A stretch of 64,000 bases of DNA. Source: Stegostoma tigrinum. Taxonomy: Eukaryota. Position 1 is the stretch's first letter. Every line of letters starts with the position of its first letter. Positions 13,564-26,500 of this stretch are shown here, piece after piece. The notes beneath the pieces are model-generated. The model was not told where the DNA came from. It searched no databases and saw nothing but the letters and a program-made list of their open reading frames with translations. Both the position numbers and the translations under genes were made by a program. The stretch spans positions 64,708,586 through 64,772,585 of the forward strand of contig NC_081362.1 of NCBI RefSeq assembly GCF_030684315.1, given 5' to 3'.

Positions 13564-14417
13564 TTTGCTTTCATGTCATGTTTCTTCTTGGAAGAAATGT
13601 ACTGTTATGATTCTATGAAATCACAAAGGCGACAGGGAGCAAAATCTGGCATTGCAGTTTTCTTGCTGATCTTGGCAAAGTATGCTTGTCCCATTAATGC
13701 CAGCCGTGAGATTAACTTATGGCCAACATATGTTCAGTTCCCCAAATCATTGTAAACCGCGATATGGCTGTGTTTAATTGGATCCACTGATAATTTAATG
13801 GATTTTATTGCTCTTTTCCATGAACTCCAGAATCCAGTTTTTGATATTGTGAACCTTTTCAAGGTTGCAATGATGATGATGGTTTTTTAAAAATGGGGAC
13901 AATGCTGGAGGGCCTGAGGCTGGCTTGGATTGCTATTTTTCGCTTCTCAGAATTTGGGTTAAAAGGCAGCCTAGACTTCTCCACTATACAGTTGTCTCTA
14001 AAATTGTGGTAATTGTCAAAATTGTCCTTGGCTTCCATATTCACCAGTTAATTCTGATCCAACAGAACATGACAAATACCACATGATGGGCAAAAGCAGT
14101 ATCTTTGAGTATGGCGTGGGATCAGCACGTTCTGGCAAATATAACTTTTTTTTAATGTTAGAAGTACAGAGCAGAAGGCATCAGTATTTTTATGTTGTAC
14201 ATGATAGATTCTCTTATTGTGCATTTTACAACTTGGCATTTGGCCTGTACTTAAAAGTAAAGGTATTGTCAGGATCCTTAAAGGAGGAACTATATGTTCA
14301 AACTGCTTAATTGACAAATTTGTGGAATGGCAGGAAATTCTGCGATTCCTAGGCATTTTAAAATCTGTAGAAATTGAAGTCCATTTCACAGGCACTATTT
14401 CTGAGGAAGGGTGTCTT

Positions 14418-14915
14418 TTCTGAGGAAGGTTGCTCTTGTCCTTGATGAAATGCAACAAAGGTTTACCAGGCTGATTCTGTGGGTGGTGGGTCTGACATAT
14501 AAGGAGAGATTGACTAGGTGGGGATTGTTTTCACTCAGATGAATGAGGGGGGATCTCACTTGTAAAATTCTAATAGAACTGGGCAGGGTAGGTGCATGGA
14601 GGATGTTCCTGATGGCAGGTGTGTCCATAACCAGGCCTCACAATCTGAGGATTCAGGATAGGCCATTTTGGATGGAGATGAGGAGACATTTCTAAAGGGT
14701 GGCAAGCCTGTGGAATTCATTGCCACAGGAAGTAGTTGATGCCAAAACATTGAATGTATTCAAGAGGTGACTCGATAAAGCACTTGGGGCAAATGGGATC
14801 AAAGGTTATAGGGAGAAAACAGGATTAGGCTATTGAGTTGGACAACCAGGATCGTGAAGAAGGGTGGAGCAGGTATGAAGGGCCAAATGGCCTCCTCCTG
14901 CTCTAATCTTTTCAG
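14418..14915 (+). mobile_element. CR1-like LINE, 3' fragment
   Basis: Encodes MQQRFTRLILWVVGLTYKERLTRWGLFSL; ends gggccaaatggcctcctcctgctctaat, a CR1-type 3' terminus. Confidence 0.8.
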
Positions 14916-15290
14916 TTTTGTAGTATAAAATGTACAGTCAAGAAGTGGATATGACTGGTGGCAGTTAATATTTAAAACCGAAATAAAAATGCCACAGTGA
15001 TATTGACAGTGGGAAAATTGCTCAGTTGTGTGTGATAGCATTTCAGAGTATAATAGAAAAGGGTGAAAGAGTAAAGAGAACGCTGCCTCTAGAGAGACAT
15101 GGGCACCACATTGGATACAGTGCTCTATTTCCCCCTCCAAATCCCTAACTGCCCCTCATATTGTTTATGGCTTGGATGGTTTGTATTGTCGATAATGGGC
15201 TTTGTTTGTAAATAACTAATTGACTACAATAGGTGTTTTCCTGATGGTAGTTAATGTTCAAAAAGGAAAAATGACTAAGTAAAAAGTCAG

Positions 15291-15368
15291 CGATAACAAG
15301 GTGTAGAGCTGGATGAACACAACAGGCCAAGCAGCATTTTAGGAGCAGGAAAGCTGATGTTTTGGGTC
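15291..15368 (-). mobile_element. 78-bp solo PLE terminal-repeat fragment
   Basis: Matches the family-1 pLTR; perfect 11-bp TSD TAAAAAGTCAG at 15280-15290 and 15369-15379. Confidence 0.85.
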
Positions 15369-15544
15369 TAAAAAGTCAGGGTGATTTTGGTGCAGAAGTC
15401 GTTCAGTTGTATGTGATAGCACCTCGGGGCATTAAAAAAAAACCTGAGTCGGGCCAGACTCAGTGCCACAATGGGTCAGTTCATTCAGCTGTTAAATGGA
15501 AGTTTGATGTTTCGTCACCATCCAAGGATAAGGACGTGAGGATT

Positions 15545-15725
15545 CCTGTGGTGCAGTGGTTAGATTAGATTAGATTCCCCACAGTGTGGAAACAGGCCCT
15601 TCAGCCCAACAAGTCCACACCGCCCTTTGAAGCATCCCACCCAGACCCATTTTTACCTACTTCTGAACCAGGAGACCTGGGTTCATACCCACCTGTCCCA
15701 GAGGTGTGTAATAACATCTTTGAAC
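15545..15725 (+). mobile_element. Short tRNA-derived SINE interrupted by an antisense HE1/HER1 3' tail (15561-15650)
   Basis: GTGGTGCAGTGGT (A-box) is separated from cctgggttcatacc (B-box) by (TAGAT)3...acagtgtggaaacaggccct...ccagacccat; a related uninterrupted copy lies at ~40150-40240. Confidence 0.65.
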
Positions 15726-18700
15726 ACCTGCCCTCCAAGCTCCATTTTAAACTTAGCTCCCTCCCCCTCTGCCGACCTCTCCCTCAACTTTCATGCTTTG
15801 CAGTACTTGCATGTAAATTATTTAGTTGGATACACAGGTGATTTACTGAAGAAATGGTAATAAAAGGGAAAAAATTCACAGTGATTTGATGATAAGAAAA
15901 TTACATTCAGTTGTGCATGATAACAATTTTGGAAACAACAAAAGAAGATAAAATGGGCCCAAGGATGGATCTACAGAACTGTCTTTCCCAGGCTGGGACT
16001 AGCCTATGTGCACCCAGAGTAGTGGCTCTATTTTGGTGTTCAACAATGAATGATATCCCTTTCTAGTCAGGCTTCCCAAGTTATTACTGTAATATCCCCT
16101 CCAATCCACATGTAAGGAGCAAAATCTGGGAGACAATAATCAGACAGGTGAACATTATTGATGACATAGCCTCAGAACAAAGTTAAACTCCGGGGCTGCA
16201 TGATCCATCACTGGTACGAGCCTTAATAATTCAAACACAGACAGCACCTTCATGGGCAACTCAATACAGGATTTTTCAAAAAGATTTCTTCTTAGGATCA
16301 TGGCTGGTCTGAATACTCTATATTACAAAAAAGAAATTTTCTTCTTTTTGCAGCAATGTTAACTTCAGACCACCATATTCTAAGTTTTCCTTAGGATCAG
16401 CAACACTTGGTATTCTGCACAGGGCAGGGTTGTGTGAATAAGTCGCAAGTATAAAAGTATTTTTATAATATTGGATTGCATCCAATAGGAGATTTACGGT
16501 TACCTCACTCTTTAGTGAATGATCTGTCATTTGTAGAATTAAGCATATCACGAACATGATTGAAAGTGGAGAGCAATGCATGGAATGCACAATTTTACGG
16601 ATAATTTCAAAAGCATTTTAAATGTTCCAAATGTTTGCGTGAAGCCTTCAGAACTGACTGCTAAAGACAGCCCCAGTGCAATCCTTAAATGATTAAGGAT
16701 GAATGGTTTTGAAATAAACCATGCAGAAGCCTCTGGACCCCTCGGGGTGAATCCTGCCCACAGCCTTTCTTCTACTCACTGCTTGGAACCAATTTTCTTT
16801 TTTAACTCCAAGAAGCTTTTTGATATGAAGGATCAAAAGTTGGACATGTGATCCTGAAGCCTTACAGTTTGAATCTTACAGTAATCCCACAGGACAATTG
16901 AACCTGCTTGACCCCAGTAAGGGTTCCATATTGTCAAGGCTGAATTGCAAATGAGGCTAACCTGTGAAACATTATATAAAAAAAAGTTAGTTGAATGGTC
17001 CTGAAGGGGGGCTTATTGTCTTGCCTGCATGAGTAGAGAATCCATAACAATAGTAAAGGCATTTCACAGTAATTACTGCCAACTTTCTCACCATAATGTG
17101 TGAAACTAGACAGAATGCTTAATAAGAGTAATTAGGCTTTAGCAGATTCAAGATAATAAGTTTCAGTTAATAAAACCCTTTGGGAAGGTCATTTTTCCGT
17201 TAGCACCTTGGGACTTTCTATTAACAGTTACTAAAAAGACCAGCAGGAGAAAAGTTATCACACTGACTGAAAGACACATCAGTACAAGTTACTGCTAATA
17301 AAATCCCTCTAAAGTGAACAATTGACCTTCCGTGACCCTTGATTAAGTAACAAAATATTCTTCAGTGCAATCTAAAAAATATTTTATTTTCCAGCCAAAA
17401 TGCTTGATTAAGCTTGATGAAACTTCAAATGAAATATTTTACACTGAAATGAACTGAAATGTTTATGGTTGGGTGGATACATTAGTGGTATAGTATTGTA
17501 TTCCTTCTTTGGGCCATAGAGGTCTGTAGCACAGGAAAAGGCTCTTTAGCCCATTGAATCTTTGCCAGAGTCTTCTGGTACAGAAAGCCTGGGTTCAGGG
17601 CCCACTACTCCCAACATGTCTTAGCAGTTTAAAAATCTGTGACTGTGTAGCTATAAACAAAATGTTTGCTTTTTTATGTGATTATTATTTAAATAGAGAC
17701 CTTCTCCTATTGTTAATGTACACTTTTACAAATCAGTGCTTAAGCCATTCTCCCCATAGCCAACAGTATTAAATAAATTAAGAATAAACTTCTGACTATT
17801 TTGATTAGTTTGGTCACTTAGAAAATGAGAAAAAAATGGTGAAACAACCACATGACGGATGAAAACAGATTATTATGCAGTTATTCATTATAATCTGTAA
17901 TACAATATCTGAAAAGCTGACAAAAGTAGATTTAATAGCACCTTTCTAAACAGAATTAGATACATGCCTCGAGAAAAAAGAATTTGTGAAATAAACAAGG
18001 GAATGGGATCAATTGGACAGTTCTTTTGAACAGCCAGCAGATGGGCTGAACTGCCTGCTACTGTGTTGACATTTGTGAGTTAGCATAATAACCATTGTTG
18101 TAAAACTGATTCACTAATGCTCTTCAAAAAGGGTAGTTTGCCACCCACATCCTGCTGAGCCTACAAAAGTTCTAGACCCACATTATAGGCTGTTTTTAAG
18201 TGGAACAATACGGTCCCAACCTTGTTGTAGCTAAAGATTAGGGATGTGTGGGGAGGGGCTTTGAGAGGCCATGGAATGGGAAGAGGAACCTGAGCTGGAA
18301 GTGTACCTTAGGTGATCTATTAGGAAACTTACTAGGTGATCATTTGATGTGGATCTGGCCTGGCACAGTTCAAATTCCATTGGTGGAAGAATGTTCTTTA
18401 AATGCCCATATAAGGATCTCAAATACTCCATGGTTGAACTGCCTGACCCTATCAAAATTACAGTGAAGGTTGGGGTGGCTGGGCAAGCAACAGATAGGTA
18501 GCCTGCTGGATTTTACACAGTATCCCGACCTTCAAATGTGCTGGTGACTGTGTGAAATCCAACCTTATATTTCTAATTCATAATGTGTTCGGAAATTGAC
18601 TAGCAAGCTGCTCACTGATTAACAATTGTGAGCATTTCAAAGAGAATGTTCAGCAATACCTTATCAGGGCAATAACATATTGAGAATGAACCTCATCTTA

Positions 18701-19079
18701 ACATTGTCCCCACAGAGAAGAGTAACATCAGAATGTTTTTCTGAACTGTAGACATTTATGAATGGCTTTTAAATTAATTTAAAATAAATAAATTTGAAAT
18801 ACATGAAACATTATTGTCTTATGCTAAAATTAGGTATTTACTGTAAATAATTACTTAAAGTTATGGTGACACTGCTGAAAATCACAACTCTAAGCGTAGA
18901 AACTAATGCTAAATTTGTAGTTAAGTTTTATACGACCTTCCTTATGAGAATAAAACAAATATCAAAATATTACAGCCTATATATTGAAATATTTTGCATT
19001 TCTAAATTCTTAGATTGGTAAATGAATACATTTAAGAATAAAATAAATTGAAAAATATAACAGAATAATGCAACTTGCA

Positions 19080-19510
19080 GAGATTGTTCACTTGATCATT
19101 CCTCGGATAATGGAGTAATCTAAAGAGGAAATGTTGGACAGTTTGGACTGTATTAAGTGGAATTAGTTTTACTGAAACACATAGACCCTGAGGGGATTGA
19201 CAGGGTGCATGCTAAAAGGATGTTTATCACTGTAGGAGATATTAGAATAAGGGGAATTTTAAAAATAAAGGACTTCTTTCAAGTTGGATATGAGGAGAAT
19301 GTTGGAGAAGTTGGAGGTGAGGAGATCTCTCAGAGGTCACGAGGATATGGAATTCTCTCCTTCAGAGAGCAGAGGATACAGGCTCCTTGATTATTTTTAA
19401 AGGCTGAGTTAGGTAGATTCCTGACTGACAAGAGACACAGAGGATATAGCGGATGTATTAAAAAGTAGGGTTGAGACTGCAATCAGATCAGCCTTGATTT
19501 TGTAGAGATT
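19080..19510 (+). mobile_element. Degenerate CR1-like LINE, 3' fragment
   Basis: gggattgacagggtgcatgct...tggaattctctcc...tttttaaaggctgagttaggtagattc pattern shared with the other CR1 ends in the window. Confidence 0.65.
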
Positions 19511-20938
19511 CAAACGTACCACTGGGAATTAATGGAAATAAGAATGATGATAATATTCTTCGATCGGTGCTGAAACTGGGCCTTGCTCCTGGCTTTGACA
19601 ATCCTACGTGTATTAGCCTCTCATGTATTTTTACATAGAATATTTTCTGTTAGCATCCCTAGAAAATGTTTCGATTGATGCCCCATGTAAAGTCGCCCAC
19701 AACTCTCTAGAAATGTGATGAAATGTGCTGTCATTTACAACATTTGCCTCTCAAGATTATATCTGTGGGAACAACTTTATTTCCTAGTCATGGATTTAGC
19801 ACGTAGATGAAGACCAGTGGTATAGGTCCTCCAACTAATGCCCTTTGATTCAAGTTCTGTTAATACATTTGCCACTTGACAAAGATCCTGACTGTGTTGA
19901 GGTATGAATAGCTAACTGGATTCACCACTTCAGATCATGAAGCCTGCTTGGTTTTGTCATAACAACGCTGCTCTCTGCAGTCTTAATTGCCAAAGGATCT
20001 TTTTTCATTCTGACTGCTTGAATAAACATCTCCACATTCTCTCAAGACAAAAAATGCATCAGCGTCTGGGTGTTAAAGTGTCTTGACTGTATGTGACTTC
20101 TCTAGTGTGGCTCTGCATTGAATCACTATTATAGACTGTGTCCAAATATTTATTCAGTGTAAAGTAAAAAATGGCTGTAATTGATTCCTGCCTTAAGGAG
20201 TGGTGGATCAAAGTGTACTCAAACAAGTAGCCATTGTGGTATGTTGACTAATCATGACAATCCTTTCAGCAAACAGAGATATCAAAGAAAATTGCGCAAA
20301 CCAAAATTGAGACCACTATCATGTGAATTTCCAGAGTTTGTGGAAAGATTGTAGCAAGTATATTTTGAATAGGAGGATTTTAAAAAAAGTTATGGATGAA
20401 AGTTGCTGGAAGGGAAGTTTAAAGTAGTGTCAGGTACATGCTCCTTCAGCAAGAGAAATGATCATGAGGACTGATGTAGAGATAGTAGCCATAGCTGTAT
20501 TCAAGATAATGTGATGATGTATTAGCCATGACTGCTAACTTTTTAAAGTATGTTCAAATTGGGCAACATAGGCTTAGCTTTAGCCATCTCTGCCTGACAG
20601 ATTGATGTGTTGTTGTGTATATCAACAAGTTCAAATAAGTAACACAGTATTTAAACAAATATTTCAGTTCTACATAGTGAATGATGCATTTGAAATTAAC
20701 ATAAACGGATCATTCCTCCTGTTATCTCAGCACAGGCAGCAAGCCTCTGCCTGCCTTGACCCCAATCTCTGTAAATTTCTCTATAAGGCCCTGAGCTTTC
20801 TTTCTGATTTAACCTTTAAAATCTTTCCGTAAAACCTGGTAAGCCTTCCAATTCTCTGGTCCCCAACACCTCATTTTCACCATGGACATCCAGTCCCTAT
20901 AACTTCCAATTTCTGGTCCCCAACACCTCATTTTCACC

Positions 20939-22325
20939 ATGGCTGTCCAGTCCCTATACACCTGTACTCCTCATGCAGATGGCTTAAAGGCCCTCCGCTT
21001 CTTCCTGTCCCGCAGGCCCGACCAGTCCCTCTTCACTGGCACGCTCATCCACCTGGCTGAACTCGTCTGCACCCTCAACAAATTCTCTTTCAATTCCTCC
21101 CACTTCGTACTGACAAAAGGGGTGGCCATGGGTACCCGCATGGGCCCAAGCTATGCCTGCCTCTTTGTAGGCTACGTGGAACAGTCCTTCTTCCGCACCC
21201 ACTCTGGCCTCAAACCCCACCTCTTCCTCCGTTACATTGATGACTGTATCGGTGCTCGAATAATTCATCCACCTCACCAACACTTTCCACCCCAACCTCA
21301 AGTTCACCTGGACCAGCTCCAACACATCCCTCACCTTCCTGGGCCTCTCTGTCTCCATCTCAGGCAACCAACTAGAAACCGATATCCATTTCAAACCCAC
21401 CGACTCCCACAGTTACCTAGAATACACCTCCTCCCACCCACCTTCCTGCAGAAATTCCATCCCCTATTCCCAATTCCTTTGCCTCCATCACATCTGCTCC
21501 CAGGATGAGGCATTCCACTCCCATATATCCCAGATGGCCTTGTTCTTCAAGGACCGCAACATCCCCCCGACAGTGGTCGAGAACGTCCTTGGCTGTGTCT
21601 CCCTCATTTCCCGCAACACATCCCTCACACCCCGTCCCAGCAATAACCATCAAAAGAGAATCCTCCTCGTCCTCACATACCATCCCACCAACCTTCGGGT
21701 ACAACGCATCATCCTCCGACACTTCCGCCATCTACAATTCGACCCCACCACCCAAGACATTTTTCCATCCCCACCCTTGTCTGCCTTCTGGAGAAACCAC
21801 TCTCTCCGTGATTCCCTTGTCCCCTCCACACTCCCCTCCAACGCCACCACAGCTGGCACTTTCCCCTGCAACTGCAGGAAATGCTACACTTGTCCCCACA
21901 CCTCCTCCCTCACCCCCATCCCAGGTCCCAAGATGACTTTCCACATCAAGCAGATGTTCACCTGCACATCTGCCAATATGGTATACTGCATCCGCTGTAC
22001 CCGTTGTAGCCTTCTCTACATTGGGGAAACCAAGCAGAGGCTTGGGGACCCCTTTGCAGAGCACCTACACTCGGTTCGCAACAAACAACTGCACCTCCCA
22101 GTCGTGAACCATTTCAACTCCCCCTCCCATTCCTTAGACGACATGTCCATCCTGGGCCTCCTGCAGTGTCACAACGATGCCACCCATAGGTTGCAGGAAC
22201 AGCAACTCATATTCTGCTTGGGAACCCTGCAGCCCAATGGTATCAATGCAGATTTCACATGCTTCAAAATCTCCCCTCCCCCCACTGCATCCCAAAACCA
22301 GCCCAGCTTGTCCCCGCCTCCCTAA
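20939..22325 (+). pseudogene. PLE reverse transcriptase + GIY-YIG endonuclease, disrupted
   Basis: ORF 20939.. carries the RT to YIDDCIGA. A frameshift and a TAA at ~21256-21263 follow, then the frame is open 21264-22325 (FIHLTNTFHPNLKFTW...SIPYSQFL...YIGET...GTLQPNGIN). Confidence 0.9.
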
Positions 22326-22593
22326 CCTGTTCTTCCTCTCACCTATCGACTCCTCCCACCTCAAGCCGCACTCCCATTTCCTACCTACTAACCTCATCCC
22401 GCCCCCTTGTCCTGTCCGTCCTCCCTGGACTAACCTATCCCCTCCCTACCTCCCCACCTGTACTCACCTCTACAGGCTCCATCCCCGCTCCTTTAACTTG
22501 TCTGTCTCCTCTCCACCTATCTTCTCCTCTATCCATCTTTGATCTGCCTCCCCCTCTCTCCCTATTTATTCCAGAACCCTCTCCCCATCCCCC

Positions 22594-22627
22594 TCTCTGA
22601 TGAAGGGTCGAGGCCCGAAACGTCAGG
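22594..22627 (+). ncRNA. Minimal hammerhead ribozyme motif in the PLE terminal repeat
   Basis: TCT-CTGATGA-A-GGGTCGAGGCCC-GAAAC-GTC-AGG: core boxes CUGANGA and GAAA, GGG/CCC stem II, NUH triplet; predicted cut after 22624. Confidence 0.65.
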
Positions 22628-23599
22628 TTTTGTGCTCCTAAGATACTGCTTGGCCTGCTGTGTTCATCCAGCTCCACACTTCATTATCAAGCTTTCACTT
22701 CTTTTAGTTCTCCCACTGTGTCTCCAAATCTACACTTCTTCAGATTTTTTCTTAGTACATTTCCAAGAGACATTTTACAATGGTAAAGGTGCTAATAGAA
22801 CTGAAGGGGTTGTTGAATCTGATCTCAATCGTCTCTGGATTCAACAGCTGTCTCATTTTCTGCTCAATCTCATTTTTTTACTAATGACTTGAGCAGTTAA
22901 TTATATCATTAGTGTATATACCATAATATAGATCTACCTACATTTCTAAAGTGATTTAATATATAAGTTATTTCTAACTGACTGTAATAGATATAGGATA
23001 AATTGTACTTTAATTGACAATTTAGATATTTGGGCAGTAATTTTAAACTAACCTGCTAAGCTGTAGGATTCGAGCCGGCACCTGTTTTACTCATCTTTCA
23101 AATGCATCTTCCACTTAAGCCAAACCCAAATTCTACCAGTGGCAAAGGTTGCGTTATGATGAAAGTCTCGAAAAACTTGAAATCTTTAACTTTGAAAGAA
23201 GATACTGGAGAGGCCACCTTGTAAAAGTATACAGGTTAATACAGCGCACCACTTCAAGGTAAACCACAATACGACTACACAGAGGTACAGATGAAAGTTG
23301 CCGAAAGGAAGTTTCAAGTACATATTCCTTAAGCAAGAGAATTGATCATGGAGACTTTTGTAGAAAGTAACGATAGCAATATTCAAAAGTCAATGACTTG
23401 ACATATTAACCATGACTATTACCTTTAAAAGAATGTTCAAACTGGGCAACACAGCCTTTGCTTTCGCCATCTCTGTCTTTGACAGATTGAACGCCAGAAT
23501 GGAGAAAGGCTTCAGATGAATTATGGGGCTTTTAGTGTCCGTAAGAGACCTCAGTGCTGGAGGTAGCTTATTGGCATGAATAGAGAATTGGTTCATGAG

Positions 23600-24790
23600 C
23601 AGGATAAAGAGTTTTGTTTTAGGTTGGTGGACCATGATTGGTGGGGACTGAAGGATGGAAAGGAATGTATTGTAGCCAAATTGGCAGATGATGTAAAAAT
23701 AGGTGGAAGGGTAGTTTGTGAAATTAATCAAACAATTTGCAGAGAGATAGTGATTGGTTAAGTAAATGGCCAAAAATTTGTCAAATCAAATACAAAGTGG
23801 GAAAATGTGAGGGGAGAACAAAATAACAGTAACAAAAACAGAAGTTGCTGGAAACGCTCAACAGATCTGGTAGCATCTGTGAAGAGAAATTCAAAGTTAA
23901 CATTTTGGGTCTGGTGACCATTCCTCACTGGACCTGAAACATTAATTCTGATTTTCTCTTCACAAATGTCACCAGATCTGTTGAGCTTTTGCAGGAACTT
24001 CTGTTTTTGTTCCTGATTTGTAGTATTTGCAGTTCTTTTGGTGGTTATTTAGAACAAAATAACAATATTATTTACATGGAAAAAAGCTATAGAAAGCTGC
24101 AAAATAAAAGGACTTTGGGTGTGCTTGTACAAGAAACACAGAAAGCAAGCACTTTGTTCCAGCAGATAATCAGGACGGCTTAATGGAATGTTAGCCCTTA
24201 GTTCAGAAAGTTTGGAGAATAAGATTAGGAAAATTTTCTACAGATGTACAAAGAGCTGGTGATCTGGAGTATTGTGAACAGTTCAGGCCCCCTATTCAAG
24301 GAAAGGTAGCATTTCATTGGAGGACCTCAGAGAAGTTTCTCTAAGATGATCCCAGGTGTGGAGAGATTGTCTTATGAGCAAAGGTTAAACAAGTAGGACT
24401 CTATTCACTGCAGTTTAGAAGAATGAGAGGTGATGTGTTTGGGAAACATATCAGCCATAATTGAATGGTGGAGCAGACCCAATAGACTGAATGGTCTAAT
24501 TCTGTTCCTTTATCTTATACTCTTATGATCTCACTGAAACATCTATGACCCTTAAGGGCTTTAACAAGGGTAAATTCTTGGAGGATTTTTCCCCTCATGG
24601 GAGAGTCTAGGACCAGAGGCATAGTGTCAGAATAAAGGGCACCAAATTAAGAGTGACATGAGGGAGAATTTCTTCTCTCAGTGTTGAGAGTCTTTGAAAC
24701 TATTTGCCAGAGAGCTCTGGGTGCAGAGTCTGTGCGTATTTTTAGGGCTGAGATAGGTAGATTCTTGTCAACAAGGTAATCAAGATTTAC
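23600..24790 (+). mobile_element. Degenerate CR1-like LINE (RT through 3' end) hosting a nested pLTR insertion
   Basis: ORF 23576..23761 contains CIVAKLADDVKIGG (CR1 FADD motif); downstream ggactttgggtgtgcttgtaca, ctggagtattgtgaacag and a CR1 3' UTR. Confidence 0.8.
23829..24050. mobile_element. Inverted pair of PLE terminal repeats (family 2)
   Basis: Arms aacaaaaacagaagttgctg... and ...cttctgtttttgtt are reverse complements centred ~23925; perfect 14-bp TSD AGAACAAAATAACA at 23815-23828 and 24051-24064. Confidence 0.85.
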
Positions 24791-24799
24791 GGGGACTTT

Positions 24800-24920
24800 T
24801 TGTCATTGGACTCCAAATGTTCACTCTGCTTTCTTTCTACAGGTACTGCCAGGCCTGTTGAGTTTCTCACCAATTTCTGTTTATGTTTCAGATCTCCATC
24901 ATCTGCAACTTTTTGCTTCA
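24800..24920 (+). mobile_element. Solo PLE terminal repeat, family 2, degenerate
   Basis: gtcattggactccaaatgttcactctgc...gccaggcctgttgagtttctc...catctgcaactttttgc matches the other family-2 copies. Confidence 0.6.
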
Positions 24921-26138
24921 ATTTACTGTTTAAATTTACCTCATTAGACATTGGTAGTACTGCACAACATAATGTAAGGTATTCTCAAAGTGAAGACAGG
25001 ATTTTGTCTCCACAAGGACTGCATGGTGGTTACTTCAACTGATTTTGTCATGCAGGGATACATCAGAACAAGATATGGTCAAATATATTTTTCCTTCAAT
25101 TTGTTTCCTTCACCACCTGTTGCAGACCCTTCAATGTTCTTTAGGACTCAACTGGCTTGGTTTGTAGTGGTGCAGCTGAGGCACTCTTGGTGGTGGACTT
25201 TGAGATCCCCCCCCCCCCCAGGATACATTCTGTGCCCTTACTACACTCAGTGCTTCCACTAAATGGTGTACAATGACAAAGGAAGCTAATGCATAGCTAC
25301 AATGTTTCTGGGAAGGCAATCTGTCAATAATTGTATCACAAGAGCTGAAGATCATCATGGCACAGCACTGGAATCTTGTAAGCTACCACTAATTGAATAA
25401 GCCCAACAAGTCAACTCGTTTCCGTAGATGTATCAAGTCAGTCTTAGACCTTACTTTCAAGGGGAAATATGTTAATTAATTTCTCTCTGGAAAGGAGGCA
25501 AGAGGGTGACAGGACATAGAATGATTTTAGGTTGGCAGAGATACGTGAGTTTTAGATGATGCCAATACATGATCCACAACATTCTGCATATTAGCAACCT
25601 TTTATTGTCATCGGGTCTGGATGTCCTGCCATGTTAAAACAGGGGAGGCTTTATCAAACCTATCCCATGCAATAACCCACCCACTTTTTCAATGGATGTG
25701 AGTATTGCACAGCATTGTCATGCTAATAGATGGAGTTTTATTTCTCTGAAGTAACAATTCCCATTTCATTAAAGACCAGTCTGGGTATACTGCAAGGAGA
25801 TCATATGCAGCATTCCTGATAATCTTCTACAAAACAAAGTTGTACTTAGAGTTGACGTTTAATTGTCCTAACTATTAATCCTAGCATCCTTTTCCTTTTA
25901 CATATATAATGATTGTTATATTCCAAGTCTGTGATTTTGGTGATCACATTGAAATATATATGATCCTGGGGATAAAATAAGATAGATGCTTAAAAGATGT
26001 TTCATCTTGTGGATGGAACCAGAATTAGGGAACTCAGAGATTGAAATTATTATTTTCCTCATGGAGCACTTGAGTCTAGGGAACTCTTCTCCAGGGGTAG
26101 CGGAGATAGAATTGTGTAGAATTGAAATCATAACCATT

Positions 26139-26500
26139 AATCATAAAATCCCTTCAATGTGGAAGCAGGCCATTTGACCCATTGAGCCCACACCAACGAT
26201 CTAGTGAGCTTCCACAGAAATTATCCATTGAATCAGCATCTATCCCTATCCCTCTAATTCTGCATTTCCCATGGCTAAACCACCTAGCCTGCACATCCCT
26301 GGACACAATGGGCAATTTAAAATGGCCAATCCATCTAAACTGCACATCTTTGGACTACGGGAGGAAACCAGAAGATCAGAAAGAATCCCCTGCATTCACA
26401 GGGAGAATGTGTAAATTCTACGCAGACAGTTGCCGGAGGGTGGAATCGCACCCAATCTCTAGCATTGTGAGACAGCGGTGCTACTACTGAGCCATCATGA
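26139..26500 (-). mobile_element. HE1-type V-SINE
   Basis: Reverse complement has GGCTCAGTAGTAGCAC, the V-domain and a CR1-type tail; homologous to 13235-13563. Confidence 0.85.

Larger units (their letters stand above)
20845..22688 (+). mobile_element. 5'-truncated Neptune-type Penelope-like retroelement (copy A)
   Basis: RT motifs FTMDIQSLY, KGVAMGTRMGPSYACLF, FLRYIDD; linker TFPCNCRKCYTC; GIY-YIG VYCIRC..C..LYIGET..RL...FAEH; C-rich 3' UTR; pLTR ending ...cattatc at 22688. Confidence 0.95.
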
